Shown one piece after another: positions 47,801-56,882 of a stretch of DNA of 64,000 bases. The position numbers were made by a program, and so were the translations under genes. Position 1 is the first letter of the stretch; each line of letters starts with the position of its first letter. The stretch is from Podarcis erhardii (lineage: Eukaryota), in the NCBI GenBank assembly GCA_964252035.1, contig OZ176206.1; one strand, written 5' to 3'. The notes under the pieces were generated by a model. It was given only the letters and a program-made list of their open reading frames with translations. It was not told where the DNA came from and ran no database searches.

Positions 47801-49257
47801 TGTATGCTTCCTACAGCCATCTGTTTTGTCACTGTGAGAACAATATGCCGCATCAGATGGGCAACTGGCCTGATCCAGCAGGCTCTTATGTTCTTAAATG
47901 GCCAAAGTTTGTTGGACAACAAACCAAAACCATCACTACACCATGACAGACTGCAGTTGCTCAAGGAGGCAGTGGTGAAAATTACGTTAACTTGTTTTTC
48001 CTGTAATGTATGCTGTGCTGTGTGTGATTATGACAAGGGGATTCCTGCCACACTGCTGCTTGTGAGATAAAGCTACTTTGGCAGTGTAAACAAAGTGACA
48101 TGGACTTTAAGAGATAAAGCACAGCCTGCTTAACTGTGGAACTATAGCAGTGGATGAGAAGCCTTGATTTCAGTAAGTCTGCTATTTGAGAGGCTTATAG
48201 ACAGAGATATATTACAGAGAGCTCAAATGGTGGATGGGGGTTGGAAGATTAGACATATTGAAATTCTCAATGTCTGGACATTGACACATCCACACCTTCC
48301 TGGCTTTAGTGGAATATGCTTTCTAAAGACAGTACCTAAGGTTGCCATGACAAAAAGTAAAAGGGGAAGCCCCCCTTTGGCCTCATCCCCATAATATAAG
48401 CAGCGCCTCTGCACATGAAAAGTTCCTTTAACTACCATATTTTTCACCCTATAGGACACACTTTTTCCCCTCCAAAAATGAAGGGGAAATGTGTGTGCAT
48501 CCTATGGGGTGAATGCAGGCTTTCGCTGAAGCCTGGAGAGCGAGAGGGGTCGGTGCGCACCGACCCCTCTCGCTCTGCAGGCTTCGCGGACCTCTCTGCA
48601 AGCAGCGGGAGCGCTCCCGCTGCTTACGGAGAGTTGCCTGCATGCAGAAGCCTGCGCGCGCTGAGCTCAGCACGACCAGGCTTTGCGGACCTCTCCGCAA
48701 GCAGCGGGAGCCAGCGCTGGGCTCCCATGGCTTGCAGAGAGCTGCCTGTTTGGGGGCTGGGACGGGGGAAGCTCGGGCCTCCCCCGCCCCAGCCCCGCAC
48801 CTGGGGGGGGAATAATTTTTTCCCCTTTATTTCCCCCCCAAAAAACTAGGTGCACCTTATGGGACGGTGCGTCCTATAGGGCGAAAAATACGGTATGTTC
48901 ATTTAGCCTCAATGCTGTTGAGAGATCATGCCACGAATCTGTTCAATCCTTTTCTTTAAAGCCCTTTACAATATAGGTACCCCATGTTTGGTGACAGTAA
49001 ATCTCAAAAGTTAATTATGCCTTGTGTAAAACTGCTGATTCCTTTTACCTTTCCTGAACCTACCACCAAATCAAATTGGGTCATCCCAAATTATAGTGTT
49101 ATAGAAAGAAGAGGGGTGATTTTCCTAACCATTATCATGTCTTTGCTCTGTCATTCTTTTTTAAATAAAATTAATAGCCACACAGGGAAATTACTCCAGT
49201 ACAATGACATTGCATCACCAAGATAGTATTCAGCTGGGTGTGGGTGTGTGTGTGGGT

Positions 49258-49293
<36 letters not shown>

Positions 49294-52200
49294 GATACAA
49301 GAAAAACAAAGAAATGGTAGGCACGAAGGGGCCTCTTCAGCAGAATTCTCTTCCCAAAGAACCTTGCCTGGCACCTACATCAACATCATATTGGCACCAG
49401 TTAAAGACTTGCCTCTTTTCCCAAATATATAATGATTATTTCCCCCCTCTCCTTTTCTTGCNNNNNNNNNNNNNNNNNNNNNNNNNNNNNNNNNNNNNNN
49501 NNNNNNNNNNNNNNNNNNNNNNNNNNNNNNNNNNNNNNNNNNNNNNNNNNNNNNNNNNNNNNNNNNNNNNNNNNNNNNNNNNNNNNNNNNNNNNNNNNNN
49601 NNNNNNNNNNNNTCATCTTCAACACATACTAGGTTACAGTCATACATAAACTAATAGAAAAAATAATAGCATAAGTATAAAACAAACATATGGTAGAAAT
49701 AACGAATCTATATTCTTCCAAGATTATTTAAATCCTCTATATTTTAAATTATTAAGTATGATCACTTTCAGTGCTTTGAATCTCCTATATAATTTTGGAA
49801 TTTGTATTGTATCCTTTATTATTAATCATCTTGAGATTTTTTGGCTAAGACAAGGAACAAATGAAACAACAACAATACATAGATTCAACTAATTTCACAA
49901 AATGCCTCCCCACCCTCCACCTGTATGTAGATTTAACATTCCAAGCTGGCATCCCCAAAGCAGGTTTGGCAGGCAGGCATCCACCAGGAGACTTCCCACA
50001 CATTTGTTTACAGTTTCTGCCCTTTCTTAAGGCACTCTGCAGATGGCAGAGGTCAGGCTATGCCATGGATGTAAAACCTCTGGACTGTGGGCCAATCTTG
50101 TCCAGCTAGGGGGTTCAAGTTGGGCCTCCAGGGCTGGGGTGATAAGGATATGGGTTAGCTAGCCTCAAAAGCTTCTACACCCCTGCATTACACTGTTCTT
50201 AGGCTCAAGTTTCCATGGTTTCTGCCCACACACCTATTTTCCAGGCAGGATCTCAGCCTGCCAGAACTGACTCTTCTGACCTTAAAAGACCAGCATGTGT
50301 ATGCAGCCACTAATGGCTGGAAAGTGGAGTGCAAAACTATCCTGGTTGCCTCTCCAGGCCAAGAAGGTGGCAGGGTAGCTTCACCCTTGCCAGTCTGGTA
50401 CAGAAGACTGTGAGGATAGGGGGAGTGGCAGAGGGTGGGGGAAAGCAGCAGGAGAGGGGAGGGGAAGGTGCAACTTGGCTTTTCATGAGAAGCAGGTGCC
50501 TTGCAACCCTTCCTCATTATTTGCAAAAAGTCCCACTTGCCAGAGGCTGAGCAGGAATTCTGAGAATAGCCTCCCATGATGAAGCATAACGCTTCCACTG
50601 CATCATGCACCAATCCCCAACCTGTCACCCTACCTCCTTCGGACCTTTCTACTGCAGCACCCAAACCTAGAAGTTACTTTTTCTTTTAGTAAGGCCTGCA
50701 TTTCAAAATCTGGGCCATCCCATCAGGTTTTGCTTTATGAAAGCAAACAGCATGTTGTGGACTTCAGTCACCCTCCAGGTAGATAGTTCACCCAAACACT
50801 TCCCTGACTGTGCGGTTTTTCAGTCCAAATCAGCCCCCAACTTACCATCAGGTTCATTGCAATAGGTGGCTGGGTCAGACTGAAGGCTGTACAGCCGAGC
50901 CTGGAAGAGGACAGACAGGGAGAAGCATATGAGCACAAGACATTAACGGTGGGGACAGAAGCCACTTGTTGGGGGTAGAGGCTGGAGGCACCTTGGCACT
51001 GTCGTATAACTCTGTTGTTCCAGAAGGGGTCGCCATCAGGGTTATGACGTCACAGTCAATGGTCATATCTGGTGAAGGTGCAAATGTGTCGGAGATAACA
51101 CCCAGGAAGTTGGAGAGCCCTTTTCTCACTTTCTCTGTCGCACCGGAGGAACTTTCCGTCTTCACAAAAACAAAGAAATTCACAATGAAAACTAATCTAA
51201 GGCAGAGGAACCAGAGTGGGCAGTATCCCACAAAGCCTAGCATTGCTATGGGCTTGATACACCAAATCAACAAAGAGAATAATGAAAAAGTTGTGGGGAG
51301 AGGGAAATGGCAAACACAAATGAAAACCTGCCAGCCCTTCCCAATGACATGCATTCCTGCCCCTGCCTCTCCCTCCATTTTAGTTTTTGATGCCCACTCA
51401 CAGCCAGCTTCTCCTTGACCACACTGGCAGTGGCAGCAATGGTGCAGGCTGTGTCATGCTGGACCACTTGCGTGAACTCGGTCAGGTCACGTTTCATGAA
51501 CTCCAAGGCCTCTGTGGACTGCAACAGAGTGAGAGGAGAATGTACTTATTGTTGGGTACACTGTGGCTGAATTTCCAAGGAGTGTGGTAGTTAGCCTGGG
51601 TTGGGGGTTAACAATCAAAGAACACCAAGTGTTTATCAATCTAAGAGTGTGGCCATCAGGAGGAGAAAACAGAATTCATACATCCAAAACAATAAGCACC
51701 TGACAGCTTTTGTTCCAATCACCTCACGTGGCTTCAGCAGCATCTTCACAACTCATCCCAAAACAAGCATTTTTAATTCCAATAACAGATACATGAAACG
51801 TGACTGTGAGATGTGAATGCTACTCCAATGAACCAAAGTATTACCCTGGCAGATCAGGCCAAGGTGGGTCCATCTAGTTCAGCCTTCCCCAACCTGGGGT
51901 CCTCCAGCTGCTTTTAACTACAACTCCCATCATCCTCAAGATCCTACAGCCATGCTGTGTGGGACTGAGCTGTAGTCCAAAACAGTTGGATAATACCAGG
52001 TTGGGGAAGGCAGGACTAGTTCAGTATTTCATTTCCCACAGCTAGCAAGCAGGTGCTTGAGAATGGCTCATAAGCTGGGGCCTTTCCTTGGCACCTAATA
52101 CTAAGTAGTATAATAAGCAAAGAGGTTTTTCTTACAAAGGGAGTCATCAGTCATTAATTCAGAAGTAGCCAACTTGATGCCCCCAGACCATGATGGACTC

Positions 52201-54036
52201 CCACCAGCCTCAGGCAGCATGGCCAAACATCAGAGTTTGAGCTGTGTCTTTTTGACATCCTCTCTCTCTCTCTAGTTTACCAGTGGATAAAAAGCAGACC
52301 CACCTACCTTATCTTTGACTGTCTGAAGGCTTTGCTGTAGCCAACTCCTCCACCAGCCTCCATCTTCCCTATTACAGGACAAACATATGAAGCTGAAATT
52401 GGGAATTTTACATAATAAACTCAAGACAAAGAATGCAGAACAGTCAGCTACTGCAGCAAATCCTACAACGGCAGCCTTTATTTCTATGAAATGTTAACAG
52501 AATCTTTTTCCAACCCCAATTCAGGACCTTCCCTTTCAAGAGCCAATGCAGAAACACCTTAAAATCAGTATGGTACTACACTTGTGTCCTTGGCTTGGCC
52601 TCCTCCTGCCACAAGTAGAATAATTATTTAAATTCTTAGGCACACGTTCCAAAGATTTCAAAACTTGTGTGACACTTTCAAGCACTACTGCAGACCAAGG
52701 CTCCCATTTTTCTCATGAATTGTTACACATTATCTTCTTCCTTCTCTCTCTTTTGCCCTTTCTCAACATTACCTCCCAAAAGAACCAATTACAACCAAGA
52801 TAGAAAGCACTTTAACAACTTAGCAGGTATTTAAATACTTATTTAAGTTTAAGGGAATATTATTGAACTCCTACAACATGATGTGAACGATGCAAAAAAT
52901 GTAATACAAACTTAAGCCTCCTACAGTATTTACTAGAAATCTATGAAAAAAGGGTATGAACAAAATAATCACTCAGGCTTTTACAGCACACAGCCTCAAA
53001 GACATACAAGTGAATTAGAGGCTCCTGTGCCACCTGTTTAAATCATATAATTTAGTTTGGGGAGTAGTGAAAGAATGTGGATTTACTGGTTCCCTCCTCC
53101 CACACACAGTTTTTCTAGTTTGCCACAATTAATACATCATCATGGAACACACTATAACCACAATCATATTCTAGTGCTACTTTAGAGTTCTGTATATAAA
53201 TGACTATACAAGTGGTCTAGGAGCAGGGCTTGGCCAAGCAACCTTTGATTCAAAGCCTTCCTCAAACCATTAAACCCCCTGCATAGCAATCAACTGCACT
53301 TCAATCTGAATGCCCCCACCATCTGTCACACTTAAGGTACTACCTTACAAGGCAGCTCAACTCAACAGATGCACATGGCAAGAAAGGTAAAGCAAGTCAG
53401 TGATGAATAATCTCATATATTAACAACAGACCTACAAATGGGTCAGACTGCAACACAGTGGCTTACCCAAGGCTGCCAGAGAGTCTGAACCCAAGTCCCA
53501 CACATCCAAACACATCATTTGAGGTGCTGTAACAAAGCAGATGTTTTTCAGGACCCTCTTTTCCAGTTGTCCCCAGATATGCCCACTTTGACAATTCTGA
53601 GGCCTCACCGCACTATTAGCCCCGAATTCCTAGATCTCTTCCCAAAACAGCCAACGCTGCCCTACCCCCAAGCAATCCTAAACTGCCCCCCATACCATAC
53701 AGTACAATCCTACCTTTCTCCTCCGCAACCTGATCCCCTGAAAAACCCACACTTCATCTTCTGGCTTCGCGACCACCGCCAGGGCTGCCTCTACAAAACA
53801 AGAGTGCCCAGACTCAAGAGGGAGGGGGCGGGGCTAACAACACTAACTCAGGGCCAAAGGAACGCGCTCTATGCATTACCAGCGGTACTCTTTCCTGCCT
53901 AATCAGTCCAGGGGTCCCGAGGCGGAGCTCTGGCACAACCTCCCGCCCCTCCTCCACATTCGCCCCCAGGTCTCCCCCACCCCAGCCGCAAAGGCACCAC
54001 TCCCAGCGATACCAGTTACGCTCACCCTTCCGCCAT
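41859..54036 (-). CDS. BSDC1: BSD domain-containing protein 1, 451 aa, 11 coding exons
   Basis: join(54026-54036,52308-52368,51402-51518,50992-51159,50846-50900,46868-46983,46266-46334,45111-45192,43086-43625,42706-42809,41859-41891) = 1356 nt, open, all GT-AG. MAEGEDGGWWRSWLQQS...EFMKRDLTEFTQVVQHD...SHSEFWQRYFYKVHQLEQ (BSD core)...SEDWEKDFDLDMTEEE...MEDEEWEDWE*. Confidence 0.97.
42135..42290. mobile_element. Tc1-like transposon terminal fragment
   Basis: TA-CAGTTGCAATGAAAATTATTCAACCCC, a typical Tc1 end; no partner end found. Confidence 0.6.
42706..42809 (-). CDS. BSDC1: BSDC1 exon 10
   Basis: GSSTDISEDWEKDFDLDMTEEEVQLALSKVDISGE; |gtgagt. Confidence 0.96.
43086..43625 (-). CDS. BSDC1: BSDC1 exon 9
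   Basis: 540 nt; EVTPSESSESISLVTQVANP ... DLRLFELNSDSGKSTPSNNGKK; G|gtgggt. Confidence 0.95.
44465..44626. mobile_element. Pogo/Tigger-like MITE, short
   Basis: TA-CCGTATTTTT...AAAAATACGG-TA. Confidence 0.88.
45111..45192 (-). CDS. BSDC1: BSDC1 exon 8
   Basis: EEVRREVLKQRAEQSVHSEEPGWEEEE; G|gttagt. Confidence 0.94.
46266..46334 (-). CDS. BSDC1: BSDC1 exon 7
   Basis: VPVAVSHSEFWQRYFYKVHQLEQ; |gtgagt. Confidence 0.95.
46868..46983 (-). CDS. BSDC1: BSDC1 exon 6
   Basis: GPSQLFEVWLLHFNLEEKKGEISELLVNSPSIRSLYSKM; |gtaagg. Confidence 0.95.
47040..47896 (+). mobile_element. CR1 fragments with an intervening L2-like 3' piece
   Basis: PED*KVTNVTPIFEMGTKGDPGK...VSLTS resembles CR1 ORF2; CR1 3' UTR ending ttatgttctta; L2-like piece about 47190-47460. 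Confidence 0.7.
48435..48893. mobile_element. Pogo/Tigger-like MITE, complete, with internal palindrome
   Basis: TA-CCATATTTTTCACCCTATAGGAC...GTCCTATAGGGCGAAAAATACGG-TA. Confidence 0.9.
49236..49289. repeat. Imperfect (GT)n microsatellite
   Basis: Direct reading. Confidence 0.9.
49462..49612. other. Assembly gap (about 150 N) in BSDC1 intron 5
   Basis: Run of N; flanked on the right by AT-rich, possibly L1-derived sequence. Confidence 0.99.
50846..50900 (-). CDS. BSDC1: BSDC1 exon 5
   Basis: ARLYSLQSDPATYCNEPD; cag| and G|gtaagt. Confidence 0.95.
50992..51159 (-). CDS. BSDC1: BSDC1 exon 4
   Basis: TESSSGATEKVRKGLSNFLGVISDTFAPSPD...YDSAK; aag| and |gtgcct. Confidence 0.94.
51402..51518 (-). 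CDS. BSDC1: BSDC1 exon 3
   Basis: STEALEFMKRDLTEFTQVVQHDTACTIAATASVVKEKLA; cag| and |gtgagt. Confidence 0.96.
51880..52013. mobile_element. hAT (Charlie-like) MITE
   Basis: TIR CAGCCTTCCCCAACCTGG...CCAGGTTGGGGAAGGCAG; flanks atctagtt / gactagtt (6 of 8). Confidence 0.78.
52308..52368 (-). CDS. BSDC1: BSDC1 exon 2
   Basis: aatag|GGAAGATGGA ... GATAAG|gtaggt; EDGGWWRSWLQQSLQTVKDK. Confidence 0.95.
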
Positions 54037-54620
54037 CTTGGCCGTCTGACGTCACCAATATTTACTGACCTTTGACACCCAGCAGAAGCCCCGCCCTTTT
54101 GACGCAGCAACCGCCACTACTTCCGGGGGATCCCCCCACTTTCTCTCAATCGGGCTGTCACAACTTCAGTGTTACCATAGAAACACTTCCGGCTTCCACG
54201 ATAGAATGGTCTGGGTAGAGTGGCTTCCCTAGGGTTACACATCGAAGTAGAAAAGCCTTTTGGCGATGCCATTGTTTTCGCATTATGCTCCTCACACGGG
54301 CGGCTGTCAAAAGGAACCCGGAAGTGAGGGCTGGAGTGGGGAGCGTCTTCTCTCACTCTCTTTTTAATCTGTATGCTTCTCCTTGGTTTGGTCGGCCTCT
54401 GTGGATACGGCAACTGCCGAGGGCCAAAAAATGTTCGCGCGAAACACGTTCAGCGTTTTCCTCCCTTCTCTCTGCAGCATCGAGGCGGAGCCGGGAGAAA
54501 GGTCCTCCCCTTTCCCTTCCCTGGATCTTACGAAGAAAATTCCGTAGCCCCGTTGAAGTTAGCATTCTGCAATCACCCGCAGCTCTTACACTTACCGGTA
54601 TTTCACAATAACGCGTTTAA
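53760..54620 (-). promoter_or_regulatory. BSDC1 CpG-island promoter
   Basis: CpG-rich; full CRE TGACGTCA 54047-54054 abutting CCAAT 54055-54059; YY1-type CCGCCATCTT over the ATG (54030-54039); ETS CTTCCGG/CCGGAAG near 54120, 54186 and 54317; E2F-like TTCGCGCGAAA near 54434. Confidence 0.88.
54026..54036 (-). CDS. BSDC1: BSDC1 exon 1 coding part
   Basis: ccaagATGGCGGAAGG|gtgagc in a CpG island. Confidence 0.92.
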
Positions 54621-55249
54621 AATATAATCTAATAGATACATGTGTATGCATGCATGCATGTATGTATGTATGTATGTATCATTTGCATTTTAAAACTCTC
54701 ATCCCTCCTCACCCGATCTCAACATGTTTGTTGGAATCTGTCTGTCCCGAGAGACCATGGAGCATTCCTCCAAGGGTGAAGTCAAACCGCTGCGTAGGCA
54801 GCACCAAAGTGACTCTCCTGGGGCGCAAGCCTGGGCAGTGGGCATGGAAAGACTAGTGCAGTGGTTACCAACTGTTGGTCCGTGGACCCCAGAGGGTCCA
54901 CGTAACCCATACAGGGGGTTCGTGGCACCATTTATACAACAGAAACTAACACAGAGATATCAAAAAAATAATAACGAAAAATAGGAAGTCCAAAAGTACT
55001 CCCTAAAGTAGGCTTTTGAAAAACAGGGGGACCGCAGTACTTAGCTAATTGGGAACCACAGCTCTAGTGGTATCATAGGCGCTGGGTCCGGAGGGCCCTG
55101 GGTGTTCCAACCCCCACAACATTCCCTATGGAGGGGTGGGCACCCACCATTTTTTGTGCCAGGGGCGCGGAGTGTAGCAGGAACCCCCCACCCCAATCAT
55201 TCAGTTTGTACAAACTTCACACACACTCACACTACATACGCTATGCTTC

Positions 55250-55890
55250 TGTTATAAATTCATAGAAAATCAACCATACATCGGTTTTGCACTGTTCCAC
55301 TTTTATTTTACTCCATGAAGGAAGGAATACAAAATGGGTAAGGTTTGATACAGGGCAGCCATAATCCCTTGAGCATACCAGCACATCCACAGGAGCCCTG
55401 CCCAGTTGCTATGCCAACCCTGATGGTCCTAGACAGAAGACAATCAAGATCACAAAGAACTTGCATATGGGAGTGGATTCAGCACGGACTGGAACAAAGG
55501 ACAATGATCAGATCTTCCCTCAGGGGGCAAGAAACTGCCAACTCCCCTCTGTCACCTGGAAAGTACTCATGGGGAGGGAGAGAAGGGAACCAGCCAGGTG
55601 ACAGGACACTCAGGTTACCACTGCAACTCCTCCCTCAACCCCTCCTTTCTGTAATGTATGCATTATGTTTCTGGGGGTGGGCTTGACCTAGAGGAGGGGA
55701 ATTTCAAAAGTTTTTATAAGGTCTTGCACACCATTTTTCTGTGTCTTTTCTCTCACCTGCAAGTGAGGGGAACACCCTGTTGCAAGAGTTCAATAAAGGC
55801 CAAGCCTACAGGCTGCTGATTTGCTCCAATTTACTCTGGTTGGTGTCTTTACTTTTTGTCCAAGGGAGCCCTTGGATTTTTCCGGTAACA
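55250..55890 (+). mobile_element. ERV 5' LTR (641 bp)
   Basis: TGTTA...TAACA termini; TATA-like TTTATAAG near 55712; AATAAA at 55792-55797; followed after 3 nt by a PBS. Confidence 0.82.
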
Positions 55891-55893
55891 GTT

Positions 55894-55913
55894 TGGCGAC
55901 CATGCTCAGGGAC
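55894..55913 (+). promoter_or_regulatory. Retroviral primer-binding site, tRNA-Arg-like
   Basis: TGGCGACCATGCTCAGGGAC versus the complement of a tRNA-Arg 3' end, recalled as TGGCGACCACGAAGGGAC; first 9 nt and the terminal AGGGAC match. Confidence 0.65.
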
Positions 55914-56206
55914 ACTTGGTCCTCCTGTGAAGGTGAGGGGGAAGATAGAGGGGATCGGGTGCCACTGGGCAACCTTAGCGCAGGGATCCTTCTTCCTCTC
56001 CCTGCCTCCTCTTTGTGGGTGGTAATCAATCGTCACCAAAAGCCCAACCAGGGGGAGCAAAGGCGAGGTCAAGCCGGCTAAAAAGAAAAGGTTCCCGGGA
56101 TCCGCGGGGGACATCTTCGAACGTGAGTATGGTTTGAAGTAAATACATTGGGAGGGGGGTGGAAAAGAAACGTCCCCACGACAGCCAGACTTTCCTTCTT
56201 TCATTT

Positions 56207-56560
56207 CTGACGTTGCCCCTCGGAGTTGGCCGGGAGCGTCTTAAACTCTCCCCTTTTCTCCCCCGATTTCCCTTTCGGAGTGAGGCCGGGGAAATTGCGG
56301 AACTTTACTATCTGACGTTACCTCTCGGAGTCGTCCAGGAGCGTCTAAAGCTTTTTCTTTCTCTCCCCCAATTTCCTTTTTGGTGTGTGGCCAGGGAAAT
56401 CGTGGAACTTTGCTGTTTTCCGACGTTACCTCTCGGAGTCGTCTAGGAACGTCTTAATCTCTCTCTCCTTTTCTCCCCCGTTTTCCGTCTTGGAATTGAG
56501 TCCGGGAAAGCGTGGCTCTTTTACTGTTTCTCTGACGCTTTCCCTCGGAGTCGTCCGGTG
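56207..56560 (+). repeat. Tandem repeat, about 3.3 copies of a 105-112-bp unit, in the ERV leader
   Basis: Units start at 56207, 56312, 56420 and 56532 with a core close to GACGTTNCCNCTCGGAGTCGTC. Confidence 0.9.
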
Positions 56561-56760
56561 GCACCTTTCAAAAGTATTTTAATGCAAGGTCATTTGCTTC
56601 CTTTCAAACCTTGGTTGTTTTCTCGGACCCCGATCTGGCACTGCATTGCGCAGGCGTTCAGTAGGGGACTCCAAACTTAGTCTCAAAGGCTAGGCAGGAG
56701 GCTGTCGTGGATGATAGAGGGGAAAATTGTCTTGTAAATAGCGCTGAGGTAATTCTGGAT

Positions 56761-56882
56761 CCGTGGTTTAGTTTCTGGGCAGAGAGACCCGTGGTTTAGT
56801 TTCCGGGCAGAGGGACCCGTGGTTTAGTTTCCGGGCAGAGGGACCCGTGGTTTAGTTTCCGGGCGGAGAGACCCATGGTTTT
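56761..56882 (+). repeat. Minisatellite, 4 full plus 1 partial 28-bp units, in the ERV leader
   Basis: CCGTGGTTTAGTTTCCGGGCAGAGGGAC at 56761, 56789, 56817 and 56845; neighbouring units differ by 0-2 nt. Confidence 0.95.

Noticed and set aside
56761-56882. 28-bp repeat array as a CRISPR
   Set aside because: Head-to-tail units with no unique spacers, in a vertebrate ERV leader.
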